The position numbers and the translations under genes are program-made. Below the pieces are notes generated by a model. The model was not told where the DNA came from, did not search any database, and was given only the letters and a program-made list of their open reading frames with translations. A stretch of 64,000 nt of DNA from assembly GCA_045660545.1 (NCBI GenBank), contig JAZREA010000026.1:12561-76560 (forward strand), written 5' to 3'. Source of the stretch: Clostridia bacterium (GTDB taxonomy: Bacteria; Bacillota; Clostridia; Monoglobales; Firm-18). Positions 19,558 to 29,275 of the stretch are shown one piece after another (within the stretch, counting starts at the first letter, position 1; each line of letters opens with the position of its first letter).

Positions 19558-21528
19558 ATGAAGAAAATTTGTGCTGTAATCATAGCAGTATTTTTGATTT
19601 TAAACACATTTAATATATGTTATGCAAACGAAGGCTCTTTTGTAAACGACGCTGTCCTGTCCGTGCAAAGCAAGATAAACATACCGGAAAACTATACGGA
19701 GTTTAACAGTAAGATGAGCGTAGGGGACGACGTTTTTGCCTATTTCACCTGGTATGGAGACTCTGACGGTACCAACTCGGGAGGCAAAATCAGCGTTACT
19801 GTTAATAAAGACCTTGAAATCACAGAGTTTACACAGTATTTTTACGGCGAGTTCGAAGGGGACTACAAGCTTTCCTCCTTTACAAGAAAGTACGCTCTTG
19901 CGGTTGCGACAGACTTTGTGCGCAGTGTCTTTCCCGATAAAATCAATTCTGTTTTTATAGCTGATGAGCCGGATGTTACAAACCGTAATTTTATGCCTTA
20001 CGAATTTATGTTTTACAGGCTGGAAAACGGTCTGCCCTGCTTTGAAAACTATATTTATGTAAGCGTAAACGCCCATAACGGACAAGTAGCTGTAATGAAT
20101 CTCGTCTGGGACGATTGTAACGCCATCCGTCCTGCTAAGGCGGGTATTTCTGCGGACGAGGCGAAGGTTGCAATGTTTGACAAAATCGGTATGGTTTCCG
20201 AATATGCTAAAAGACCGGACGGCTCTTTGTATATAAGATATAAGGACTTGTCTGACAACAGATATTACGTTAACGCGTATAATGGGTCTTTGCTTGATAA
20301 AGGATTTGTACAGTCCTCTCCTTTTGTCTCAAAGTCTTTTGATTTAAGCTACGCTGACGAGTGTGACTTGTCTTTATGTATCGGGTCGGTCATGGAAAAC
20401 AAATATATTCCGTTTGACCAATCCTTTTCGCTTTCCAATATAACCTTTTGCGCAGACGATTTTTCAAATTATGTTATTTTAGAGTACGTTAATGAAAAAT
20501 CGCATATTAAAACCTACATAGTAGACACCGCAAACGCGGATATAAAATACTACTACGAGCAAATCAGCGTTATAGATGTCAACAAGGCTTATTCCGAGGA
20601 GTACTGCCGGTCGGTCGCCGATTCGTTTTTTGAAGAATACGAAAAGGGCTCGTACGGACACTGTCGGTATCTTAACAGTGCTGTTGTTAAAAACGCAGAT
20701 GGCGACAAGTTTTACTACTTTAACTACCCAAGGTTCATAAACGGCATCGCCTATAACGACAACGGTGTTGTGATAGGCGTATCTGCTGCAACGGGAAGAG
20801 TAGTCAGCGTAGATATGGAAATGGACGTGATTACGCAAATCCCTGTCGTTTCAACGCTTGAAAAGGGCGACGCCTTTGAGACTTATGTTGAAAACTCGGG
20901 CTTTGGCCTTATGTATGTTATTACAAGGTCGGGCAACAAGAAGTATATGAGCGCGGTCTATGCGCCTGACCCAAGGCATGAGCTTTATGTTAACGCGACT
21001 ACCGGAGAGCTTGTTTACGAAGATTCGTCCTTGTATAAGGGCGGATACAATGGTTATAACGACATTCAAAACGACGTTGCAAACACACAGATTAATACAC
21101 TTTTAAGCTGTGGCGTCTTTGATAAGACAGAGAGCTTTTACCCCGATGAAAATATAAGGCTTAAAGACTTTCTGCTCTATATGTGCCGCGGTATCGATTG
21201 CGTTTCGTACCCGGACTTTGAAAGTGTGCGTTCCAAGCTTTTGCAAAGCGGAATTGTAGACGAAAAGCTGATTAATGAAAACGGCTTTGTTACGACAGAA
21301 CTTGGTATAAAATATATTGTTAGCTACTTAGGCTACGGCGATATTGCAAAGCTTCAAAACACATATAAAACGGGCTTTATAGACGAATCTTTCATATCCG
21401 ACGGCCTTGTTGGATACGCGGCGATTGCAAAGGGGCTTAATATTTTTACCGGCAACGTCTTTATGCCGCAGCAGTTTTTAAAGAGGAATGTGGTAGCACA
21501 GATTTTCTATAATTTAATTAATGGTTAA
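19558..21528 (+). CDS. secreted protein of unknown function (signal peptide; PepSY/YcdB-like repeats; SLH-like C-terminal segments possible)
   Basis: Start at MKKICAVIIAVFLILNTFNICYA looks like a signal peptide. About 650 aa with no catalytic motif recognised. Confidence 0.65.
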   Translation: MKKICAVIIAVFLILNTFNICYANEGSFVNDAVLSVQSKINIPENYTEFNSKMSVGDDVFAYFTWYGDSDGTNSGGKISVTVNKDLEITEFTQYFYGEFEGDYKLSSFTRKYALAVATDFVRSVFPDKINSVFIADEPDVTNRNFMPYEFMFYRLENGLPCFENYIYVSVNAHNGQVAVMNLVWDDCNAIRPAKAGISADEAKVAMFDKIGMVSEYAKRPDGSLYIRYKDLSDNRYYVNAYNGSLLDKGFVQSSPFVSKSFDLSYADECDLSLCIGSVMENKYIPFDQSFSLSNITFCADDFSNYVILEYVNEKSHIKTYIVDTANADIKYYYEQISVIDVNKAYSEEYCRSVADSFFEEYEKGSYGHCRYLNSAVVKNADGDKFYYFNYPRFINGIAYNDNGVVIGVSAATGRVVSVDMEMDVITQIPVVSTLEKGDAFETYVENSGFGLMYVITRSGNKKYMSAVYAPDPRHELYVNATTGELVYEDSSLYKGGYNGYNDIQNDVANTQINTLLSCGVFDKTESFYPDENIRLKDFLLYMCRGIDCVSYPDFESVRSKLLQSGIVDEKLINENGFVTTELGIKYIVSYLGYGDIAKLQNTYKTGFIDESFISDGLVGYAAIAKGLNIFTGNVFMPQQFLKRNVVAQIFYNLING

Positions 21529-21541
21529 AGGGGTTTTAAAA

Positions 21542-22972
21542 ATGACAAAGAATTTAACAATGCTTACCGATTTTTACGAACTTACTATGGCAAACGGCTA
21601 CTTTGAAAACGGAATCGGGGACAAAATCGGATACTTCGATATGTATTTCCGTAAAATTCCTGACGGTGGAGGCTTTGCGATTATGGCGGGCGTTGAGCAG
21701 GTTATCGAGTATATAAAAGGTCTTAAATTTACTGATGAAGACATAGAGTATTTAAGAAGCAAGAACCTTTTTAGCGAAAAGTTTTTGGAATACCTTCGCA
21801 ATTTCAAGTTCTCGTGCGATGTATGGGCGATAGAGGAGGGGACTCCTGTTTTCCCTAACGAGCCTTTGGTTGTTGTTCGCGGCCCGATAATTCAGGCGCA
21901 GTTTTTAGAGACGATGATATTGCTTACCGTCAACCACCAGTCGCTTATTGCGACCAAGGCCAACAGAATAGTCCGTGCTGCTGACGGAAGGCCTGTTATG
22001 GAGTTTGGTTCAAGGCGTGCACAGGGCTATGACGGCGCGGTATATGGTTCGCGCGCTGCTTTTATAGGCGGATGTGCAGGTACTGCTTGTACTATTTCCG
22101 AGCCTATGTTTAAAATACCTGCCCTTGGTACAATGGCACATAGCTGGGTGCAGATGTTCCCTGACGAATATTCCGCTTTTTGTGCGTACGCGTCGGTTTA
22201 TCCTAACGATTGTACTCTTTTGATTGATACGTATAATGTGTTGAATTCAGGTATTGTAAACGCGATTAAGGTTCATAACGACGTGTTGGTGCCTCTTGGT
22301 TGCAGGTTAAAAGGTGTGCGTATCGATAGCGGAGATATCACTTATCTTACTAAAAAGGTAAGGAAAATTCTTGATGAAAACGGCCTTGAAGACTGCAAGA
22401 TTGTTGTTTCAAACTCTCTTGATGAATATATAATCAGGGATACTTTAATGCAGGGTGCTAAAATCGACAGCTTCGGCGTAGGCGAGAGGCTTATAACCTC
22501 CAGGTCCGAGCCTGTCTTTGGCGGTGTTTATAAGCTTGTTGCGGTTGAAAGCGGCAACGAGATAGTGCCCAGAATCAAGCTCAGCGAAAACGTTGCCAAG
22601 ATTACAACCCCGTGCTTTAAGTCGCTTTACAGGCTGTTTACCAAGGAGGGTAAAGCGGTTGCGGACGTAGTAACCAAATATGGCGAAACGATTGACAACA
22701 CAAAGCCGTACACTATTTTTAATCCGGAGCATACGTGGAAGAAGAAAACCCTTACCAATTTTGAAGTAAAACCACTTTTGGTACAGATTTTCGACAAGGG
22801 CGAGTGTGTTTATAACTCTCCTGATATACATACAATTCAAAAGTATTGCAAGGAGCAAATCGACACCCTCTGGGACGAGGTAAAGCGCTTTGAAAACCCG
22901 CACGTTTACTACATCGACCTCTCTAAAGACCTTTGGGAGACTAAGCAACAACTCCTTGATATGTTCGGGTGA
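21542..22972 (+). CDS. pncB: nicotinate phosphoribosyltransferase
   Basis: MLTDFYELTMANGYF start is typical of the NAPRTase family. ATG at 21542 sits behind an AAAGGGG RBS. Confidence 0.9.
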   Translation: MTKNLTMLTDFYELTMANGYFENGIGDKIGYFDMYFRKIPDGGGFAIMAGVEQVIEYIKGLKFTDEDIEYLRSKNLFSEKFLEYLRNFKFSCDVWAIEEGTPVFPNEPLVVVRGPIIQAQFLETMILLTVNHQSLIATKANRIVRAADGRPVMEFGSRRAQGYDGAVYGSRAAFIGGCAGTACTISEPMFKIPALGTMAHSWVQMFPDEYSAFCAYASVYPNDCTLLIDTYNVLNSGIVNAIKVHNDVLVPLGCRLKGVRIDSGDITYLTKKVRKILDENGLEDCKIVVSNSLDEYIIRDTLMQGAKIDSFGVGERLITSRSEPVFGGVYKLVAVESGNEIVPRIKLSENVAKITTPCFKSLYRLFTKEGKAVADVVTKYGETIDNTKPYTIFNPEHTWKKKTLTNFEVKPLLVQIFDKGECVYNSPDIHTIQKYCKEQIDTLWDEVKRFENPHVYYIDLSKDLWETKQQLLDMFG

Positions 22973-22977
22973 TTAAT

Positions 22978-23823
22978 ATGAAAACTGCTTTGGTAATAGA
23001 AGGCGGAGCGATGCGCGGCATCCATACCGTCGGTATGATGGACGTGTTTTTGGAAAATAATATTACCTTTCCTCACATAACCGGTGTCTCGGCAGGAGCT
23101 CTTAACGGACTAAGCTATGTTTCGGGCCAGCACGGACGCGCCAGGAGAGTTATTACGGAATTTTCAAAGGACAAGAGGTATTTTTGCCTTTCTAATATTC
23201 TGTTTGGAAAGAGCGTTTACGGCTTTGACTTTATGTTTGGGGACTTGTGCAAAAAATATATTCCGTTTGATGCCGATGCGTTTTTGTCTGCCGATTTAAA
23301 GTACTACTTTACAACTACCGAATTTAAAAGCGGGGAGACAGTATATTTTGAAAAAAATGATATAAAAGATTTCTCAAAGCCTGCTGTTGCAAGCGGGAGC
23401 CTGCCGGTTTTTTCGCCACCTGTTGATATTAACGGTAAGTTGTATTACGACGGCGGCGTTTCCAACGCGGTCCCGTATGAAAAGCCGTTTGAAGACGGCT
23501 ATGACAGGGCGGTGATTTTGCTTACAAGACATAAGGGGTACCGTAAGCCAAAGGTTACTTTTTTGCAAAAGCAGATGTATTCTTTAATGTTTAAGAACAA
23601 CCCCGCATTTTTGCAAAAGCTTCTTACAGTAAGCGAAAGATATAATAAAAGGATGGAAGAAATCGAGCGTTTAGAGCAGGAAGGAAAGGTGCTCGCAATT
23701 CGCCCGAGCGCAGCAATCAACATTTCAAGGCTTGAAACAGACACTGATAAATTATCCGCTTTGTACCAAAGGGGAAGGCAAGACGCCCTCTCGGCTTTGG
23801 AACAAATAAGGGCGTTTATGTAG
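22978..23823 (+). CDS. patatin-like phospholipase
   Basis: GGAMRG oxyanion motif and GVSAGA nucleophile elbow, with a DGG motif later. Confidence 0.85.
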   Translation: MKTALVIEGGAMRGIHTVGMMDVFLENNITFPHITGVSAGALNGLSYVSGQHGRARRVITEFSKDKRYFCLSNILFGKSVYGFDFMFGDLCKKYIPFDADAFLSADLKYYFTTTEFKSGETVYFEKNDIKDFSKPAVASGSLPVFSPPVDINGKLYYDGGVSNAVPYEKPFEDGYDRAVILLTRHKGYRKPKVTFLQKQMYSLMFKNNPAFLQKLLTVSERYNKRMEEIERLEQEGKVLAIRPSAAINISRLETDTDKLSALYQRGRQDALSALEQIRAFM

Positions 23824-23882
23824 TTGACAAAATATTACAATTGTTATAAAATTAAATATATAAATAAATGGGGGTAAATAAA

Positions 23883-25007
23883 ATGGCAAAGTATAAAACA
23901 TACTCTTATCAGGAGTTAGAAAAATTCTGTAATGACGCTTTTGCTAAAATCGGATTTACAGCAGAAGAAAGCAAGATTATTTCAGACGTATTGTTGCTTT
24001 CAGACTTGTACGGAATAGAGTCTCACGGTATGCAGCGTATTGCAAGATACCACAACGGTATTAAAAAAGGCCTTATCAAAATTGATGCAAAGCCCGAAAT
24101 CGTATTCGAGACACCTGTTTCGGCAGTTATCGAGGGTAACGACGGTATGGGCCAGCTTCTCAGCCACTATGCTATGGAGCTTGCTATTAAAAAGGCTAAG
24201 GAAACAGGCGTAGCTGTTGTCAGCGTGCGTAATTCCAACCACTTTGGTATTGCAGGCTATTATGCAAAGATGGCTTGTGACCAGGGAATGTTCGGTATGG
24301 CTATGACAAACTCTGAGGCTATAATGGTTCCGACTTTTGCGCGTAAGGCAATGCTTGGAAGTAACCCTATCGCAATAGCACTTCCTGCTGAGCCGTACGA
24401 CTTCTTCTTTGATGCATCTACAACAGTTGTTACAAGAGGTAAGCTCGAGGTTTATAACAAGATGGGTAAAGAGCTTCCGCAGGGCTGGGCTTTGGACGCT
24501 CAGGGTAAGGGCTCAACAGACGCTTCATCAGTACTTAAAAACATCGTTGGTAAGGTTGGCGGCGGTATTATGCCTCTCGGCGGCGAAACAGAACAGAGCG
24601 GTAGCCACAAGGGTTACGGATACGGAATGTTGTGTGAAATATTCTGCTCAATCTTCTCGATGGGTATGACTTCCAACCACACACATACAGACGGCAAGGG
24701 CGGCACATGCCACGGCTTTATGGTAATAGACCCGAAGATTTTCGGCAACGCCGATGCAATTAAGGAACACCTTTCAACATTCCTCCAGGAGCTTCGTGAA
24801 GCACCAAAGTCCGAGGGAGCAGAAAGAATCTATACACACGGTGAAAAAGAAATCATCGCAATGAAAGACAGAATAGAAAACGGTATCAACGTTAACATCA
24901 ACACTGTTGCAGAGATGATTGATTTTGCCAAGTTTGTTGGTATGGACGCTGAAGCATATCTCGGCAAGGTTGACCTTGACGACGCTAAGGAAAGCTCGTA
25001 CAAATAA
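23883..25007 (+). CDS. Ldh_2 family (malate/L-lactate/ureidoglycolate) dehydrogenase
   Basis: About 374 aa with the GIESHGMQR motif and NSNHFGIAGYY. Confidence 0.85.
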   Translation: MAKYKTYSYQELEKFCNDAFAKIGFTAEESKIISDVLLLSDLYGIESHGMQRIARYHNGIKKGLIKIDAKPEIVFETPVSAVIEGNDGMGQLLSHYAMELAIKKAKETGVAVVSVRNSNHFGIAGYYAKMACDQGMFGMAMTNSEAIMVPTFARKAMLGSNPIAIALPAEPYDFFFDASTTVVTRGKLEVYNKMGKELPQGWALDAQGKGSTDASSVLKNIVGKVGGGIMPLGGETEQSGSHKGYGYGMLCEIFCSIFSMGMTSNHTHTDGKGGTCHGFMVIDPKIFGNADAIKEHLSTFLQELREAPKSEGAERIYTHGEKEIIAMKDRIENGINVNINTVAEMIDFAKFVGMDAEAYLGKVDLDDAKESSYK

Positions 25008-25072
25008 AAAATAATGAATATTAATACACCTCTCCAATATACTTTACTAAGGTTGTTGGGAGGTGTTTTTTT

Positions 25073-25459
25073 ATGGCTCCATCAGGAAAACTGATGATCA
25101 GGACGTACGCTTCGGGTATGTCGATACCGATTAAAGATGCAAACGTAATAATAACGGATTCTAATGGAGAAAGGACGCTTTTGGCGTTTGAAGTAACCAA
25201 CGGGGACGGAAAGACTACAACACTGGAAGTGCCTACCCCCGCATTTGAGGAGAGCAGAAACGACCAAAACGAAGGCACACCCTTCTCGAGCGTAGATGTA
25301 AGGGTGGAAAAAGACGGCTACGGCATAGTGCTTATAAAGAATGTACAGATTTTTGCTGACCAATTTAGTGAACAAAATGTAGAACTGACTCCTTTGCCGG
25401 AGTTTTCAAGGTATGATGAATATAATAAGGTCTATACGGTAACTCCGCAAAATTTATAA
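25073..25459 (+). CDS. carboxypeptidase-regulatory-like (beta-sandwich) domain protein
   Basis: 128 aa. Pattern IKDANVIITDSNGE...TNGDGKTT...GYGIVLIKNV resembles CarboxypepD_reg-like domains. First gene of a 3-gene cluster. Confidence 0.6.
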   Translation: MAPSGKLMIRTYASGMSIPIKDANVIITDSNGERTLLAFEVTNGDGKTTTLEVPTPAFEESRNDQNEGTPFSSVDVRVEKDGYGIVLIKNVQIFADQFSEQNVELTPLPEFSRYDEYNKVYTVTPQNL

Positions 25460-25475
25460 GGGGTGATTTTAAAAA

Positions 25476-26927
25476 ATGCCTACTGTTTTTCCATACATAC
25501 CCGAAACGATAACCGTGCATTTGGGCGCACCGGCTTCAAATGCTCCTAATGTAACGCTGAGCTTTCCTGATTATATTAAAAATGTTGCGTCGAGCGAGAT
25601 TTATCCAACGTGGGACGAGGACGCCCTTTATGCTAACATATACGCACAGATATCCTACGCGCTAAATAGAGTTTATACCGAGTTTTACAGAGCGCAGGGC
25701 TATGACTTTGATATAACAAATAACACAGCATACGACCAGAAGTTTATAAACGGAAGGAACATTTTTTCAAACATTTCAGAGATAGTGGACGAAATTTTTG
25801 ACTCGTATCTTAGGATACAGGGCAGGGTAGAACCACTGGCCGCTAAGTATTGCAACGGCACAACCGTAACATGTCAGGGACTTTCCCAGTGGGGTAGCCA
25901 GTATCTTGCGGAGGATGGGCTTGATTATGTAAGTATTTTAAGGAACTACTATGGCGACTCTGTGGAAATTGTAACTGACGCACCAATTATGGGTATAACC
26001 GAGTCGTACCCTGGCACACCCATAAGGCTCGGAGATATAAGCGATTATGTAAGGATAGTTCAGGTGATGCTAAACAGAATATCAAACGACTATCCTTCAA
26101 TCCCCAAGACTTTTCCTCCCGACGGGATATTTGGAGAAAACACCGAGGCGGCTGTAATTCGCTTTCAGGAGATTTTTGACCTTACTCCCGATGGAATAGT
26201 CGGCAGAGCCACATGGTATCGTATGGTTTACCTTTACACAGGCATACTGCGTCTTTCTGAGCTTTATTCCGAGGGCCAGACGTACTTTGGAATCGGGCTT
26301 GAATATCCTGATGCAATAACCTTTGGCGAAAGAGGAGAAAAGGTAGAGATTTTACAATATATGCTCTCTGTTTTGTCGCAGTTTAATGAATCAATACCGC
26401 CTCTTACACAGGACGGAGTTTTTGGCGACCAGACCCTTTCGGCTGTAAAGGCGTTTCAGGAATATTACGATTTACCCGTTACAGGAGTAGTAAACGAAGA
26501 AACATGGGATTTAATATATCGTGTTTTGAAAAACACTTACGATACAGTTTTGTTTGATGCAAGGGATGTTAACGTTGCCGCAGCTCCCTACCCGGGATAT
26601 GTTCTTCAGCTTGGCTCTACCGGGGACGATGTCCGCACACTCCAACAGTATATAAATACAATCGCTGCCTACGACGAGAGCATAGACCCTGTAAGCGTAA
26701 CCGGCGTTTACGGCAGAGCAACCAGAGGCTCTGTAATGCAGCTTCAACAGAAGCTTGGGCTTTTGCGCACTGGTAATGTTAACGAGTCGACATGGGATGC
26801 GATAGCAAATGAGTATAAAAATGCCGTTTCCTCTACAAATACGGCCGAGACACAGTATCCGGGCAGAACGCTCGGCCTTAACGATTCCGATTACGGGGGT
26901 GGAAATAATGATAGCCAGCAGTCGTGA
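25476..26927 (+). CDS. peptidoglycan-binding (3x PG_binding_1-like) protein, SleC-type cortex-hydrolase-like
   Basis: 483 aa. N-terminal about 170-aa domain, then three repeats of the V..Q..L......PDG.FG..T..AV..FQ pattern. Confidence 0.75.
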   Translation: MPTVFPYIPETITVHLGAPASNAPNVTLSFPDYIKNVASSEIYPTWDEDALYANIYAQISYALNRVYTEFYRAQGYDFDITNNTAYDQKFINGRNIFSNISEIVDEIFDSYLRIQGRVEPLAAKYCNGTTVTCQGLSQWGSQYLAEDGLDYVSILRNYYGDSVEIVTDAPIMGITESYPGTPIRLGDISDYVRIVQVMLNRISNDYPSIPKTFPPDGIFGENTEAAVIRFQEIFDLTPDGIVGRATWYRMVYLYTGILRLSELYSEGQTYFGIGLEYPDAITFGERGEKVEILQYMLSVLSQFNESIPPLTQDGVFGDQTLSAVKAFQEYYDLPVTGVVNEETWDLIYRVLKNTYDTVLFDARDVNVAAAPYPGYVLQLGSTGDDVRTLQQYINTIAAYDESIDPVSVTGVYGRATRGSVMQLQQKLGLLRTGNVNESTWDAIANEYKNAVSSTNTAETQYPGRTLGLNDSDYGGGNNDSQQS

Positions 26928-27441
26928 AAGAAAGCCTGTTTTAGACCTTCAAAATATGTTAAGAACCATTTCTCACTATACACAGAGTATTTCAAACGTT
27001 GTTCCCGACGGAATCTTCGGTGTTTCGACACAAAACAGCGTGCTCGATTTTCAAAAGGCGTATGGTCTTGAACAAACGGGCGAAGTGGATAACAAAACGT
27101 GGGATAAAATACGCGACGCCTATAACAACGTAATTACCATATACTCTCCGCCACAGCCCGGCATAATTGTAGCTGATAGTATATATATAGACCGAGAAGA
27201 CGAACTTTTGGAACTGTTTGTCATTCAGGCTATGATTTTGGCTCTGTCCAGGGTCTATTCCAACATCCCCGACGTCGATGTCACGGGGAGGCATGATGAC
27301 AAATCCGTAGTAGCGGTTACTACGCTTCAGGAGATTTTCAGCTTAGAGCCTACCGGTGTTATTGACACCATAACCTTTAATGCAATTTCAAGACTATATT
27401 CCTCAGGGGTTGCAAAGAGGATAGATTATCCCGATTTATAG
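26908..27441 (+). CDS. peptidoglycan-binding domain protein (2 repeats)
   Basis: ATG at 26908 sits behind GGGGGTGGA and overlaps the upstream stop. Repeats VLDLQNMLR...PDGIFGVSTQNSVLDFQ. Confidence 0.7.
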   Translation: MIASSRERKPVLDLQNMLRTISHYTQSISNVVPDGIFGVSTQNSVLDFQKAYGLEQTGEVDNKTWDKIRDAYNNVITIYSPPQPGIIVADSIYIDREDELLELFVIQAMILALSRVYSNIPDVDVTGRHDDKSVVAVTTLQEIFSLEPTGVIDTITFNAISRLYSSGVAKRIDYPDL

Positions 27442-27451
27442 ATAAAAAAAT

Positions 27452-27486
27452 AAGGTATGGAGTTTTTTAAAACTCCATACCTTTTT
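27452..27486. terminator. bidirectional rho-independent terminator
   Basis: AAGGTATGGAGTT / AACTCCATACCTT stem with flanking A and T runs, between convergent genes. Confidence 0.8.
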
Positions 27487-27494
27487 AGCTATAA

Positions 27495-28442
27495 TTATCT
27501 TAGAATAATACAAACAAGATATACAAAGTATGTTACCGCCATAAGCGAACCAAAGACGCGTGAAATGTTTTGCTTCCTTGCTGAGTAAATGTAGGTTGCT
27601 AGGCTTACGATGGTTAAAATAATAATATCATACATCGAAACAAGCTCTATTGTTAGCGGGTTGATTGTTGCAGAAAGGCCTAAAACAAACAAAATGTTAA
27701 ATATGTTGGAACCTATAACGTTACCCATAGCGATATCGTTTTCGCCTTTTTTAGCGGCAACAATAGATGTAACAAGCTCAGGAAGCGATGTTCCCATACC
27801 AACAATCGTAAGTCCAATCAGGTTTTCTGTAAGGCCAAATGTCCTTGCAATAGCTGACGCGGAGTCTACTACAAACGTACCGCCAAGGCAAATACCCGCG
27901 ATTCCCAGCACTATAAACAAAAGCTGTTTCCAAAGGGGCATAGCCTTTTGCTCTTCTTCGTCGACAGTCTCGTTTGCAGAAAGAGCAGAGCGTACAGTAT
28001 AGTACATAAAAATTGTAAAGAATAAGAGCAAAACAAGTCCGTCAGTACGTGAGATAACCATATCCCCAACAGGATTTGCAAAGATGTCAAAGCCTAAGAA
28101 CAAAAGTGCAAGAGTAATAAGTATCGAGTACGGAAAGTCCTTTTTAATAATCGACTTGTTAACAGCAACAGGAGAAAAGATTGCGCTGCATCCTGCTACA
28201 ACCAAAAGGTTGAAAAGGTTAGAGCCGACAACGTTGCCAAGCGAAATACCGCTGCTGCCTTCCAAAGCTGCTGTTATGCTGACTGCCGCCTCGGGCATCG
28301 ATGTACCAAAGGCCACAACCGTAAGACCTATAACAACAGAAGGAATCCCAAACTTTTTGGACAAAGCCGAGGCACCATCTACAAAGATGTCTGCGCCCTT
28401 GACTAATAGAAAAAATCCGATAACCAACAATAGATACTGCAT
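27495..28442 (-). CDS. calcium/sodium (CaCA family) antiporter
   Basis: 315 aa, about 10 TM, with duplicated alpha-repeat motifs GTSMPE and GTSLPE. Confidence 0.9.
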   Translation of the reverse strand: MQYLLLVIGFFLLVKGADIFVDGASALSKKFGIPSVVIGLTVVAFGTSMPEAAVSITAALEGSSGISLGNVVGSNLFNLLVVAGCSAIFSPVAVNKSIIKKDFPYSILITLALLFLGFDIFANPVGDMVISRTDGLVLLLFFTIFMYYTVRSALSANETVDEEEQKAMPLWKQLLFIVLGIAGICLGGTFVVDSASAIARTFGLTENLIGLTIVGMGTSLPELVTSIVAAKKGENDIAMGNVIGSNIFNILFVLGLSATINPLTIELVSMYDIIILTIVSLATYIYSARKQNISRVFGSLMAVTYFVYLVCIILR

Positions 28443-28479
28443 AAAAATCCTCCTAAAAGTATAGATTAAAAAGGAATAA

Positions 28480-28610
28480 AAAAAGACTTTTATTGACTAA
28501 TCGTCAATAAAAGTCTTGTTATTTAATGAAAAAACCGTGCGGCCAAGGCCACAGAGATTGTCGGTTGATTCAACGCCGTAATGCGCTAACTACTCCCTTT
28601 TATTGAATAA
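28480..28610 (-). promoter_or_regulatory. structured 5' leader, yybP-ykoY (Mn2+) riboswitch-like, with terminator hairpins
   Basis: Minus-strand RNA reads AAAAGGGAGUAGUUAGCG...CCGACAAUC...GUGGCCUUGGCCGCACGG-U6. It is then followed by a 15-bp stem (AAGACUUUUAUUGAC/GUCAAUAAAAGUCUU) and a U-run. The GGGAGUAG box matches the family's hallmark 5' motif. Confidence 0.45.
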
Positions 28611-28680
28611 ATTATATACCAAATTCAACCATTTGTCAATAATAATATTAACATTTTTTGAAATTATAGTAATTAAATTG

Positions 28681-28708
28681 TTGACATTATTACAAATACT
28701 GATATAAT
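28681..28708 (+). promoter_or_regulatory. sigma-A type promoter upstream of yhbY
   Basis: TTGACA (28681-28686), 16-nt spacer, TATAAT (28703-28708). Confidence 0.55.
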
Positions 28709-28749
28709 GTAGCTGATGTATAATTTAAATTAAGGAGATTAGTTTGTAA

Positions 28750-29043
28750 ATGACAGGAAAACAAAGAGCGTATCTTAGGATGTTGGCTAACAGCATTGAT
28801 TCAAAGTATCAGATTGGCAAAAACGGAGTGGAGCCAAACACAGTTTCGATGATAGACGAGGCGCTGGAGGCCAATGAACTTATTAAAATAAAGGTTTTAG
28901 AAAACTCTATGCTTGACGTAAGGGAGACTTGCAACGAGGTGTGCGAAAAGACAAACGCCCATCCTGTACAGTGCATAGGAAGCAAGTTTGTTATATATAG
29001 AGAGTCTAAAAATAATAAAAAAATTGTTGTTCCAAAAAAATAG
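28750..29043 (+). CDS. yhbY: YhbY-like CRM-domain RNA-binding protein
   Basis: 97 aa. LTGKQRAYLR...QIGKNGV...ELIKIKV pattern is typical of YhbY. Confidence 0.85.
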   Translation: MTGKQRAYLRMLANSIDSKYQIGKNGVEPNTVSMIDEALEANELIKIKVLENSMLDVRETCNEVCEKTNAHPVQCIGSKFVIYRESKNNKKIVVPKK

Positions 29044-29119
29044 GTTGAATATTTTTTCGCTAATTGTTCAAAATACTAATTGCAAGTCAAATTAATATGA
29101 TAAAGGATGAGTGATTAGG

Positions 29120-29263
29120 ATGAACAACCAGAATAACAATCAGAACAAGAACAACCAGAACAACCAGAACAATCAGAACAACAATCAGAACAAGAACAAC
29201 CAGAACAACCAGAATAACAATCAGAACAAGAACGAACAAAAGAGAAACAACGAAAATTTCTAA
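29120..29263 (+). CDS. 47-aa Asn/Gln-repeat micro-protein (unannotated by ORF track)
   Basis: My translation is MNNQNNNQNKNNQNNQNNQNNNQNKNNQNNQNNNQNKNEQKRNNENF*. AAAGGATGAG RBS lies 8 nt upstream and a strong terminator follows immediately. Confidence 0.6.
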   Translation: MNNQNNNQNKNNQNNQNNQNNNQNKNNQNNQNNNQNKNEQKRNNENF

Positions 29264-29275
29264 ATATGTTCGTAA

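Noticed and set aside
29120-29263. CAGAAC/AAC-rich repeat considered as a microsatellite or mini CRISPR-like array
   Set aside because: The units are 3-6 nt with no spacer structure. The tract is exactly in frame, with an RBS, start, stop and terminator, so it is treated as a micro-ORF instead.
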